Of a stretch of 64,000 nt of DNA, positions 53,199 to 64,000 are shown piece by piece; within the stretch, counting starts at the first letter, position 1; each line of letters starts with the position of its first letter. The translations under genes were made by a program, and so were the position numbers. The DNA comes from Eledone cirrhosa. Its lineage: Eukaryota. The notes under the pieces were generated by a model that ran no database searches, was not told the origin of the DNA, and saw only the letters and a list, made by a program, of their open reading frames with translations. The stretch lies in contig OZ024745.1 in NCBI GenBank assembly GCA_964016885.1, positions 39,246,001 to 39,310,000 on the forward strand. Direction: 5' to 3'.

Positions 53199-54620
53199 CT
53201 ATGCATGTTTTTGTTTTTGTGTGGTGTTTTTTGTTTGCTGTTGTGAGCTCTTTTGTGTTGGTGTCAGTGTTATGTCTTGGGGAGGGTTTTTTTTCATTTG
53301 TGTGTCTGAGGTGTGTTTTCTTTTTTTTCTTTTGATTGTGTGGAAGTGCTCCTCCTCGTCTGACGACGAACTAGGGTCATCTTCCGCGTTGGAAGGGAGG
53401 GGTATATTTTCGGGTTGTGTTTGCGGTACGGGTGTTTTGGAAATTGTTTTTGTTTTTTGAGTGGAGGGGATGGGTTGGACATTGTTTTGTTTTGGTTTGA
53501 GCTGTGGTGGTTGTTTTTGTAGTGGTAGTTGTGGTGATTGTGTTGGTTGTGCAGTTGTTGGTGGTGTAGGCAGGATTGCGGTTTTCTTATTAAGTTGGGG
53601 ACAGACAGCCCTCAGGTGACCTCTGGTTCCGCAGAGGTAACACGGGGGCCGTCTACCCTCAACGGTAATGTTGATGAAGGTTAGATCATCCAGTATGACG
53701 CGTTCAGGGATCTGGGCGATCCTTTCGGGCCTCATTTGAACTACAAGTTCGAGGCTCGTTCCACTGAACGCGTCACCCGATGCCTTTCCCATGGACACCA
53801 GCATGTCATCCTCCAGGTCCAGAAAACCTGTCAAAACCCACCATATGTCCATAATCGGCAGGATGGTGTGGATTTTTATTTTTTGTGTTCTTCTACCCAT
53901 GTACGTAGGGTAGAAGGTGTATGCGGTGGATGTGATTGGTTTGATGGACAGTTTCACTGCTGTGTCCCTGTCCTTCATGAGAATGGATAGACTCCCGTAG
54001 AGTCTATCCTTCTGAATGAAGGTGATGTCCTTCATGACGTCTTTTAAAACCAGCTCTATCTCGCTCTGTGATGGTTGAGCTGGTTTTTTACTTTTGTTCG
54101 AGATTGTCCTAAACATGACCGTGTTTAGGAGTCTCTGGCTTTTTAGTTCCGGGGGGGAATGGATTGTGAATGAACCATTTTCCCCGTACACTATATATTT
54201 TTTCGCATCCGCCAGTAGCTCCTTCGCTTTTGTTATATCTACTGGCAGATAGTCGAGGGTTTTCCTTGTCGTCTCGGCGAAGGAGAAATTTTGTTTGTTT
54301 GTGTTGTTGTTGTCGTTGGTGGTGTTGTTGTTATCATTGTTGTTGTTGTCACCGTTATTGGTCTTGTTGTTGTTGTTGTTGTTATTGTTATTGTTATTGG
54401 TGTTGTTTTCGTCCGTCGCATTGTTGTTGTTGTTGCTGTTGCTGCTGATTCTTTGGGTCGTTGCCATGGCAACGTCAAGTTGTCGGTTAACAGGTGGAGA
54501 GAATTCTTCCTCTGGCTGACCTTTCTTCTTGACCTCTGCTACTGTGACAGTGGCAGGGGGAAGCTGTAAGTTCATCTTCCCCTTTCCTCCTTCGAATTTT
54601 GGTGAAGAAGCTTCGGCCAT
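53199..54620 (-). CDS. Tx1 ORF1 protein (473 aa to TAG; same frame continues to 52866, giving 584 aa)
   Basis: Poly-N N-terminal region, CYLCGTRGHLRAVC CCHC knuckle, basic KRKKRK; collinear with ATT-family ORF1. Confidence 0.9.
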   Translation of the reverse strand: MAEASSPKFEGGKGKMNLQLPPATVTVAEVKKKGQPEEEFSPPVNRQLDVAMATTQRISSNSNNNNNATDENNTNNNNNNNNNNNKTNNGDNNNNDNNNTTNDNNNTNKQNFSFAETTRKTLDYLPVDITKAKELLADAKKYIVYGENGSFTIHSPPELKSQRLLNTVMFRTISNKSKKPAQPSQSEIELVLKDVMKDITFIQKDRLYGSLSILMKDRDTAVKLSIKPITSTAYTFYPTYMGRRTQKIKIHTILPIMDIWWVLTGFLDLEDDMLVSMGKASGDAFSGTSLELVVQMRPERIAQIPERVILDDLTFINITVEGRRPPCYLCGTRGHLRAVCPQLNKKTAILPTPPTTAQPTQSPQLPLQKQPPQLKPKQNNVQPIPSTQKTKTISKTPVPQTQPENIPLPSNAEDDPSSSSDEEEHFHTIKRKKRKHTSDTQMKKNPPQDITLTPTQKSSQQQTKNTTQKQKHA

Positions 54621-54838
54621 TTAAAAAATATTGACTTTTCAACAAGAAAAAACTTTTTTTTTTTTTGTTTAACTATTTCGCCTAAAGGCGTAGAATATTT
54701 TGAGAGACTGACCAGATCAAAGTTTGACCTGGCAGTCCCTCTACAAAATGGTACAAAAATTAAAGTTATCAGACAAGAATTTCTATAGAAATTTAAACAG
54801 AACTTACTCAGCAAGTTATACGCGTGTGTCCATCCCAG

Positions 54839-54839
<1 letters not shown>

Positions 54840-54919
<80 letters not shown>
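54840..54919. repeat. (GATA)n flanking the Tx1 5' end
   Basis: Perfect tetranucleotide repeat. Confidence 0.97.
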
Positions 54920-54952
54920 TACACGGGTGTGTATGATTGTGTATAGAATATT

Positions 54953-55236
54953 ATATTAATAAAAGGAATTCCAACTTTGTCTGATTTATTCGTTTTATTT
55001 ACAATCAGGTTCATATTGTGTGGTGACAGTCAAGTTTGCAATGTTCAACTGTTGACATTTGCAAACTTGACTGTCACCATACAATATGAACCTGAAGATT
55101 GCGAAAGCATGAAAGTACTTGTTCAATTAACAGTTAACATTAATATTCTACCATACTATTTCATTCTAATAGCATTATAAATTTTAAAGGATTGTAAATA
55201 AAACGAGTAAATCAGACAAAGTTGGAATTCCTTATA

Positions 55237-55243
<7 letters not shown>
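54953..55243. mobile_element. Fold-back Penelope-type terminal-repeat element
   Basis: Left arm 54953-55048 is the reverse complement of the right arm 55050-55243 minus an internal segment of about 95 bp; right arm carries a hammerhead motif; abuts (TA)n. Confidence 0.75.
55087..55125 (+). ncRNA. Minimal type I hammerhead ribozyme motif
   Basis: TGAAC-CTGAAGA-T-TGC-GAAA-GCA-T-GAA-AGTACT-T-GTTCA; 5-bp stem I, GNRA-capped stem II, palindromic AGTACT stem III. Confidence 0.78.
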
Positions 55244-55276
<33 letters not shown>

Positions 55277-55279
55277 CAC

Positions 55280-56172
55280 ATCAAATCCTCTGCCTCCTTC
55301 ACTGTATTTGTCACCAAAACTATGTCATCGGCAAATTCAGCATCCGATATCTTTTTCGCCTTAAAACTCCTGCTCTGAGCCTGTGCTTCAGTAAATCCAG
55401 AGTCGTAGGTTTTTCTCCAGTACAAGGCGCATACAATAGTTCACTACGATGACAACAAGGTAAGGAGCCAATGTAGGTTGAGACTGCGTCGATGAGTGTG
55501 ATGCTGAGAATGAATGAGACTAAAACAAAATATCTGGTAGAGAATGTTGAGTAGCCTGAGGGGATCACTAATGTAGGCGGGAAGTCGCTTCAATTAGATG
55601 AGGACTTCCTGTATTTGGGAGCAAAGATTGGGAATACGGAAGATGATGTGAGTGAGAGGAAGAGCAAAGACTGGGCGGCCTGCCACAGCTTGAGATCAGT
55701 GTGGAAGTCAGAACTTTGTAAAGAACTAAAAATCCGCCTCTTCATTGCTGTGGTGGAGTCTGTGCTGCTGTACGGGTCTGAGACTTGGACACTGACCAAG
55801 AAACTCACTCAGATGGTGGATGAGTGCTACACGAGAATGCTGAGTATACCTCTGAACTTTAATCAGTATACATTGAGGATGAAAAACTCAGAAATGTATG
55901 GGAGCCTCCCAAAGGTCAGCTCAAAAGTGACACGGAGGAGACTGAGGTTAGCTGGACATGCTCACTGACATCCAGAGTTGACATTGCACTCAGTGCACCT
56001 GTGGGAGCCCCTACATGGACACACTGGAAGGGGAATACCAACGTTAAAGTATGTTGATGCCTAAGGACATACACAGGTCTGTTGGAGAAACAGGACATGA
56101 CACCGATAATGAGGGACAGACACCTCTGGAGAGAACTCGTCCATGGATCTCGGGAATTTTACCCGCCCTAGG
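55280..56172 (+). mobile_element. RTE-type LINE, 5'-truncated with inverted 5' segment
   Basis: Plus part ESVLLYGSETWTLTK..RRLRLAGH; inverted part (about 55280-55430) EFADDIVLV..EAEDL; TSD ATACATACAC at 55270-55279 and 56173-56182. Confidence 0.9.
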
Positions 56173-56303
56173 ATACATACACTCACACACACACACACAC
56201 ACATACACACACACACATACATATATATACATATATATATACAGTGAGTGTGTTCTGTTATTAATTCTGGCAATATTACACAGATATGACCCTCCCCAAG
56301 TAT

Positions 56304-56345
<42 letters not shown>

Positions 56346-56378
56346 ACATGGCGTACTGCGTGGTTGCAATTGGGTTAC

Positions 56379-57142
56379 ATATGAATACATTTAGTCCTTC
56401 ATCAATGATCTTCCAACCTTCATTTGTATTTCATCTCTTTAAATACCATATACCTCTGGTTGGTACGAGCAACGGCTAAAGAAAGTCGTTGGGACACGTA
56501 AATAGGGGGAACGAGCGAGACAGTAAACAAACAAAAATGTTAATGCAACAAAAAGTGAGGAAGTAGAGGTCAAGTCCTTGAAATCGATGAACATAAGTTC
56601 TGTGAAATCGTGGACTAGAGAGAATAAAGACCATCAAACCTGTTCGAAATGTGAGTAAGAAAAGAATTTCGCACAGGTCAAACGGGAGGTAGAAGGAGTC
56701 AAGTCCCTGAAATCGACGAACATAAGTTCTGTGAAATCGTAGACGAGAGAGAATAAAGACCATCCGACCACTCTGTTAGTCTCTTCCTCACACTTTCACT
56801 CACTCACTCACTCACTCTCTGCTACTCCCTCTCCTTCTCCTCCCGTTTGGCCTGTGCGAAATTCTTTCCTTTCTCACATTTCGACCAGGTTTGATGGTCT
56901 CTATTCTCTCTCGTCTACGATTTCACAGAACTTATGTTCATCGTTTTCAGGGACTTGACTCCTTCTTCCTCACTTTTCCTTGCATTACCATCTTTGATTG
57001 TTTACTGTCTCGCTCGTTCCTCCTATTTACGTGTCCCAACGACATTCTTTAGCCGTTGCTCGTACCAACCACAGGTATATGGTCTTTAAAGCGATGAAAT
57101 ACCAATGAAGGTTGGAAGATCACTGATGAAGGACCAAACTTA

Positions 57143-57149
<7 letters not shown>
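56379..57149. repeat. Fold-back element, arms of about 320 bp (56379-56698 / 56830-57149), between (TA)n tracts
   Basis: Arms are diverged reverse complements; internal direct duplication of about 78 bp; arm ends carry (C/T)TGATGAAGGAC. Confidence 0.9.
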
Positions 57150-57195
<46 letters not shown>

Positions 57196-57270
57196 CAAAG
57201 AAGGTGTGGTAAAATACCAGGTTGACCATAATGCTCCAGTATACACGATACTTGGGGTAGTAGAGTGGAT

Positions 57271-57397
57271 GATATGAAAATAATCAGGACCCCAATGACT
57301 GAGCTTTGGCAGTCTCGACAGCTATATCCGAAGAGTTCGGATCGAGCTGTCGAAACGGCCGGAGTTCAGTCATCGTGGTCCTGAGTATTTTCATATA
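57271..57397. repeat. Imperfect 127-bp palindrome
   Basis: ATATGAAAATAATCAGGACC..GACAGCT..TCCGAA/TTCGGA..AGCTGTC..GGTCCTGAGTATTTTCATAT. Confidence 0.85.
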
Positions 57398-57789
57398 TAT
57401 ATATATATAATACCCTTCGTTTTGGGAAGAGTTTATAAATGTGAGAGAGCATGTTAAAACAAATATTGTTATACATTAAGAGGGTCAAGCTGTCACTGTT
57501 GAAATTCACTTCAATGTATTATAATTTCCCGTGGGTTAGCTTAACTGGAATGTGCTTAGTTGCTAATTGTCAAAGCTCTTTCCTCGTAGATTCTGTCTTC
57601 TTTTCAGTAATTTCATATCACTATCTTGTCTTTATGAGCTGTGTACCTGAATTGCGATTGCGTAACATCCGTATTTGTTTGTATGTGCTATGTCAACTTT
57701 ATTTCCTACTTGTCACTAGTTCGTTGTAATCCTGATTTGTGATTCTATGTTTGTGTGTGTAGTGGGTTTTGTCTCTTTATGCATCTTAT

Positions 57790-58264
57790 ACGTTAACCTT
57801 CGTCTTCCGCTTCCAGTGTGTCCATGCAGGGCCTCTCACAGGAGCACTGAGTGCAATGTCAACTCTGGATGTCGTTGAGCATGTCCAGCTAACCTCAGTC
57901 TCTTCTGGGTCACTTTTGAGCTGACTTTTAGGAGGCACCCATACAGCTCTGAGTTTTTCATCCTCAGTGTATACTGATTAATGTGCAGAGCCATCCTCAG
58001 CATTCTGGTATAGCACCCATCCAACATCTGAGTGAGTTTCTTGGTCAGTGTCCAAGTATCAGACCAGTACAGCTGCACAGACTCAACTACAGCAATGAAA
58101 AGGCGGATTTTCAGGTCTTTACGAAGGGTAACGTAAGTTGATGCCCTAAGGACAGATACTGTGCTGTTGGAGACGCAGGACATGACAGCGATAATGAGGA
58201 ACAGAGACCGCTTGAGAGAACTCGTCCATGCATCTCGGGAATTTGACCCGCCCTAGATAGATAG
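57790..58264 (+). mobile_element. RTE-type LINE (same family as 55280) with inverted 5' segment
   Basis: Inverted part 57790-58120 (KIRLFIAVVES..RLRLAGHAQRH), forward 3' part about 58121-58254, TAGA tail; TSD ATGCATCTTAT at 57779-57789 and 58265-58275. Confidence 0.92.
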
Positions 58265-58275
58265 ATGCATCTTAT

Positions 58276-59520
58276 TAGATCTGTTATTGTGTGTCTTTGT
58301 ATTGTCTTTAGTCACTATGTCATGAGTTTCTTATTATTCACTTCATGCTTTCTACATAATTTTGGTTGAGGTTCATTTATATTTGTGGCTGCTGTAATTA
58401 GTCGGAGCATTGCGTCTGTACATATAATTTATATTTCGATGTCCTCTAGGGAGCCCACATATTCCTTTCCTGCATTTTTGTAGAGCACCGATGAATGTTT
58501 CTTGTCTTGGAGTTCTCGGCAATCTTCTTTCATCCTTCCTCCTATACTAAGGGCCGTATCACATTTATATGTTTTATTTTTTCTCAGACTTTCATCTTCT
58601 GTGCATCTTATGCTGTAAACTACGTTTCCAGTTTTACAGTTAATCTGTTTGTTTAAGCTGCAAACTATATATTTTTCATCGGTGCGATTTTACTTTTTAA
58701 AGAACACGTTCTGTAACCAGAGCTGATATAGGAATACCTGCTTGTTCTAACTAAATATGTATTCCTAGTTCATCTAACGCCCTTCTCAAGCTGTATGCTT
58801 TGACGAACATTACACTCTGGTATTTGTTTTCTGACATACCACGAGTTGAACATATTTCTCTTCTTCGTGACTCTCTCTACACCATTCCAGAATTTGCTCC
58901 TATACATTGGGAAAGTCACATTTACATCACTTGTTATGATATTACTCCACTTAGTCCTGGCTCCTTTGTATACCCTGATAATGTCTGTTTGAGTGTAACC
59001 AGATAATTGCATACAGTGGTTGAAGTGTTATATGTTTCTATCTAATTGTTTAGGATAGCACATGTGGGACACGTTCTTCATCACACATACTATGTGCACA
59101 ATCTCTCTATTGAATTCTACATTATCCGAAACAGCTTACCTCGTGTATCAGGGACTTGGATGCCATGAGTTAGGCATACATTGAATGAAGGATTTGTGAT
59201 CTATTATCAAAAACTTCTCAGCAGAGTTCTGTGTGTAGTACTGTTAGTCTATGGTTCGGCTGTTTGGTTGGGTAGTCTACGGTAACTTTAACACTCTGGT
59301 GGATGAAGGTAGCTATGTGCTGGATGGTTTTTAAAGTGTTATTTTCTAATTTCTCCACTTGTAGGAGAGTTTTAATTACAATATTGAGGTTATCTACATA
59401 GCAGGAGTTCATAATCAGGACTATAAAGGTACGTAAGTCTTCTGTCCTACCATACCATAATGTGGTAGGCTACATCACGATCAATGTTGACACAAATGGC
59501 TGCCCACTCATGCTGGGCAT
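58276..59520 (-). mobile_element. Degenerate Penelope-like (Neptune-type) element, RT through linker
   Basis: CYVDNLNI, IHQSVKVTVDYPT, MQLSGY, PMYRSKFW resemble Neptune-type PLE proteins (from recall); probably continues to about 57430 beyond the nested RTE. Confidence 0.75.
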
Positions 59521-60177
59521 ATATTCAACGTAAACGTGAGAGTGTAACAAGGGAGGGGAGACGTCTACGTAGACTTACGTGACATAAACAATATACAGGT
59601 ACACAGAACATTAGCAGCCATCAAGCAAGTTACAAGTAAATCACAAACCTGTTGAACCCGACTTTCACCTTCTTCACCGTCCATACGAATGTACGAGAAG
59701 AAATTGTAACAGACAAGTATATATATACAGTATTTGAGAAAATAATGTTTTCAACATTTCATAAGATTGACATATCAATCGAAAGCGGTAATATATGAGA
59801 AAATCTAACTCCGTTTCACGTAATCATTATGAAGTTAGTTGTTATTTTGGATTAAAGAAAACATCTTTAAATATAGCATTATACAACTAACACAAACGCA
59901 CACACCCGCTCACAGTCGTGTGTTACAAGCATACACGCACGCTCCTCCTTCACATTTCATATATACACACATATCAGCTCCGCTTCGTACGGACAGATAA
60001 CACTTCATAGGGTAGACATATGCCTTGGTCGGGCAAATCAATATCCTAAATTAACAAACTGAATTATTAGTTAAACCCTCAACTTAAAGGCTGTTTTGCT
60101 TACTCATTTTTATTCTGTTATATGTAGAAAATGTATACATCGATCGTCAACATTAAGAAATGCATAGATAAACTTAC

Positions 60178-60225
60178 CCGAAATTCCTTCATACGTCCAC
60201 CAATCAGACCACAATGATGTCTTCC
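60178..60225 (-). CDS. CA10: 48-bp internal coding exon of a carbonic anhydrase-related protein (CARP, CA10/CA11-like)
   Basis: Branch-like CTAAT plus TTTTTTTCCATTCTTTCAG acceptor, GTAAGT donor, phase 1-1; encodes KTSLWSDWWTYEGISG, matching the WWTY(D/E)GISG N-terminal motif of invertebrate CARPs; orthology rests on this one short exon. Confidence 0.8.
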
Positions 60226-60699
60226 CTGAAAGAATGGAAAAAAATATTAGTTCAACATTTATTTACAAAGTAATCACAAGTAGAAAAAGTAACAGAGAAA
60301 AAATCACTATGCAATTAATATTAAATGAAAGTATGTTGACAAACCGCACAATATGATGCACTAATATTTATTTTTATCATATTTAATGAAGAATTGCCTA
60401 AATATTATCAAAATTTGAACGCGTATATTCAATAATACACGAAACATTAGTTTCTATATGAAGCTGTCCGATCCAAGATACATTACTGAAATACAAAATA
60501 TAATAACAAATATTGTTGTATTTAATATATTATGAATAGGTATGGTTAATACATCCTCATATTTGCTTAGAATATTACTAGTTATAATATAAACTCTACT
60601 AATGTATTCTCATCACAAAACCTTGTCAGTAACAAATACAAACATATATAAATAGTCCTCTCATGAAATACTATATATATATACTATATATATATATAT

Positions 60700-61663
60700 A
60701 ATAAGGTATGTCCATAGAATCATTTATCTATTATTTCTTCATAGGTGTCTTTTAATCTTATAGCCTGGTTTAATTGTTTTTTTGTGTGGTTGATTATGCT
60801 GATTGGGAGTGGAAATGGTGTATTTATTTATCAAATGATTCTATGGACATACCTTATTGTATATTTCTCTGATTGTTGACTATTTAATTAATTAATTCGT
60901 CATTGAGCCACATCGTGAATGGTTGACAAAAACATATATATATCTATGACTTTGTCTAGTTTGTGTATATGTAAATCTTTATATTTGATAATCTCCCATA
61001 TCGTTGAGATGCAATTTAGGCAATGTTAGGCTGCGCTTTCTAGCAACCAGTCCACTCGCCGTAAGGTACCAATCACATTCTTTCTAACTTGACCACTGCC
61101 ACGTCATAGTTCTTAGGCACTTTGAGTTCGTTTCTGGCGGGGATCATTTAAGAAGAATCTTCGTCCAAGTGAGTCCGTTTCCTGATGGCTTCGAAGCTCG
61201 TGAATTTATCCTTCATCGGATATTTCCAAAACCGAATGAAACTCCATGGGGTAGAAACGTAACTTTGGTCTGTTTATATTCATTTTTTCTTCTAACTTTG
61301 ATTTTATACCTAATTGTGTATGGTTGACGACATATTTAATTGATTTCCACGTGCTATTAGAAATGGTGGATACATATGCTATAGCTGTTGATCGCGAATA
61401 GATAGCTGTCGTTTATTTATCTATTATTTCTTCATAGGTGTCTTTTAATCTTATAGCCTGGTTTAATTGGTTTTTCGTGTGGTTGATTATGGTGATTGTG
61501 AGAGGAAATGGTGTATATATTTTATCAAATGATTCTATGAACATACCTTATTGTACATTGCTTTGATTGTTGATTATTTAATTAATTAATTCGTCTTTGA
61601 GCCACATGGTTGCCCAAAACATATATATATATGTATGACTTTGTCTAGTGTGTGTATATGTAA

Positions 61664-61670
<7 letters not shown>
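60700..61670. mobile_element. Penelope-like terminal-repeat structure (direct repeats plus short inverted copy)
   Basis: Direct repeats about 60722-60984 and 61415-61670; 60700-60725 is the inverse of 60833-60858; (TA)n on both sides. Confidence 0.65.
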
Positions 61671-61732
<62 letters not shown>

Positions 61733-61851
61733 ATATATATATATACACTAAATATACAATATATATATATATATATATATATTATACTATACTAAATACA
61801 CTATATATACTATACATACATATACATATATACACACATATATATATATAT

Positions 61852-61945
<94 letters not shown>

Positions 61946-62003
61946 TATTTATATATACATGCATATATAGAGATACATACATATATTGTCTATATATATA
62001 TGT

Positions 62004-62094
<91 letters not shown>

Positions 62095-62142
62095 TATTTA
62101 TTATTTATATATACACGCATATATAGAGATACATACATACAT

Positions 62143-62181
<39 letters not shown>

Positions 62182-62190
62182 GTGTGTGTG
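61671..62190. repeat. (TA)n-rich array with an internal duplicated unit
   Basis: TTTATTATTTATATATAC..GAGATACATAC..ATTGTC block near 61941 and 62097. Confidence 0.92.
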
Positions 62191-62727
62191 AATAGTCTCA
62201 TGCATATATAGAGCAACATATACATCACACTTGTGTTGATATACACGATATATGAACAAATAACTCCTAGTTTTATGTATTTAATTATTTCCGTTTAATC
62301 AAAATTATTTCCGAATAATTCTTGATATTTTACAGTGTTTATATATGTTTCTAAAATTCCCGAAGACAAATCTATTTCCCGATGAAAATAACACTGAAAT
62401 AAACATATACATATTCACCACCATCATAAAAAAAAGTTTAATGCAAGACATATTTACCTGATACAATATTTCTATAAAGAATAAATTGCAATGAATAAAA
62501 GTTAAGTATGGTATAAATACACGCTTAACTCTTCATCGGAAGTGAAATTCTTTTTCACAAATTAAATTGTACAAAAGATTAGCACGTGTGCATATATATC
62601 TGTTTATGTTGTTAGAGAATAATTCTGGTACTGTTCTGAAACTGTGAGAGTGCATGTCAAAAGGCAGTGTTCTCTACATAATAACATTATTCTTTCTCAC
62701 ATTCTCTAACCTTCACAGAGTAAGAGA

Positions 62728-63780
62728 AGGTTTTCTACAATGTAGACAAAGAGAGACACTGTGGAAGATACTGATGCACTACGGAGTGGCCGGGAAGAAT
62801 GTCTTCCTGATCCGGTGTACTTGAGCTGTTAAATTGCCTAAGACCTCCAAGAGTCTCGAGTTGAAAACCAAAAGGGAAGTCACTGCGGGTTGTTGCTGAC
62901 ACGATTCCTCTTCCTGCCGTTCATTTACTGGATAATATAACTGACAGAACTAATGGTATACATTGGACATCCTGGACACAAATGGATGACCTCGAATTTG
63001 CTAATTACCTGACACACAATTACAACCAGATACAGGACCAGATCACTATCTTATATATCACGTCAAGAAGGACTGGGCTCAAGATAAACAAGAAAACATC
63101 GGAGCTGATGAATATCAACAACACTGCCACCACAGTAGTCACAGTTGGTGGAGAGTCCATCAGAGATGTGGAGTCATTTGTCTACCTGGGAAGCGTGGTT
63201 GTTTGACGTGGGGGTACCGACTGAGACGTCACAACCAGGATTGACAATAGAAGAGCAGCTTTTATCATACTCAATAACGACTGGTCATCCAAAGTGATCT
63301 GCCCAAGAACCAAACTTCCCATCTTCAACTCCAGCGTAAAGTTGTGAAACTTGGAGGACAATAAAGAACATACAGCAGCAGATCCAGACAATACCTGTCT
63401 TTAATACCTGTATGAGGTGTATCTACAGCATGAAATTCCAGGAGAATATCAGAAACTATGATCTGTCGAAGTGAGCGAGACAGGAACCAGTGGCAAACCA
63501 AATTATGTGGGAAAAGTGGAGCAGGATTGGACATAGTCTCAGGAAACCAACATCTGACACCGAACGTCAATCCCTGACCTGTAATCCGCAGGATAAGAGG
63601 AAGTGAAGTGGGGCCCGCGGCATTTGGATACGTGACACTGAGGCTGAATTATGAAAAATTGCAGACAACTGGAGTGAGCGGCGTGAACAGCCCAGGGCGG
63701 TGTACGATGATGGCGCCTCATCAACGGTCTATGCTTCACAGTGAGTGATGGGGCTGAATGAATATACGAATGAATGAAAT
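62728..63780 (+). mobile_element. Degenerate RTE-BovB-like LINE, 5'-truncated
   Basis: ETLWKILMHYGV, GIHWT..DDLEFAN, GLKINKK, VESFVYLGSVV, TKLPIFNSSVK; (TGAA)n tail. Confidence 0.85.
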
Positions 63781-64000
63781 ATGATAGTCCAAAGGTTGAA
63801 TTCCAGAGTATCGTACAGGTTTCAATACTTCATGGATTTAACTAGTATAAATTATAATTTTTTTAGAAAAAGCAAGCAAGGATTGGGTAGAAGTATTTAT
63901 AGAGATCTAATATATAATGTAGTACGTGTGTCACCGACGAACGTGTTTTTTGTCTACGAGAGCTAAATAGAGATATGTTTTCTATTCATTCACTCGCATT

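Larger units (their letters stand above)
49099..54839 (-). mobile_element. Full-length, young L1/Tx1 LINE inserted in (GATA)n
   Basis: 5'UTR of about 220 bp, ORF1, 65-bp spacer, intact ORF2, 3'UTR ending GCCCTAGTGGCAAATAAAAGAAACA; no poly(A); perfect (TATC)n on both sides in element sense. Confidence 0.97.

Noticed and set aside
57115-57149. CTGATGAAGGAC hammerhead start at the fold-back arm end
   Set aside because: Truncated before stem II closes; no GAAA
57335-57372. 3' half of a hammerhead (GCTGTC-GAA-ACGGCCGG-A-GTTC)
   Set aside because: No properly placed CUGAnGA half and the conserved U is G; not called as a ribozyme
61150-61230. Possible minus-strand hammerhead (CCGATGA..GAAAC)
   Set aside because: Stems I, II and III do not pair convincingly; at most a decayed relic
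62458-62540. Candidate upstream signal-peptide exon of CARP (CAG|GTAAAT donor on the minus strand)
   Set aside because: The phase-1 frame hits a TAA with no in-frame ATG after it, and there is no good acceptor

Overview
Eukaryotic, AT-rich, repeat-dense DNA, most consistent with an octopod cephalopod (inferred from Meta-domain tRNA-SINEs, R4/Dong, Tx1, RTE and Penelope elements, and abundant TA/GATA/TAA microsatellites). The only host-gene signal I found is a 48-bp minus-strand exon (60178-60225, KTSLWSDWWTYEGISG) matching carbonic anhydrase-related proteins (CA10/CARP), so the window is apparently almost all intron. Highlights: (1) A near-intact full-length L1/Tx1 element inside a (GATA)n tract, and a sister Tx1 family found only in (ATT)n tracts. 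The sister family shares those tracts with R4/Dong elements in strictly opposite orientation. (2) A MetaSINE and an ORF1-only element that carry the Tx1 3'-terminal motif, suggesting a Tx1-driven microsatellite-targeting community. (3) Several hammerhead-ribozyme folds (best: 39856-39936, 55087-55125, 43674-43724) in short, mostly fold-back, Penelope-like units beside (TA)n tracts. (4) Two RTE copies with twin-priming-type 5' inversions and TSDs. All calls are by eye; no database search or folding program was run, and boundaries are approximate to a few bases.
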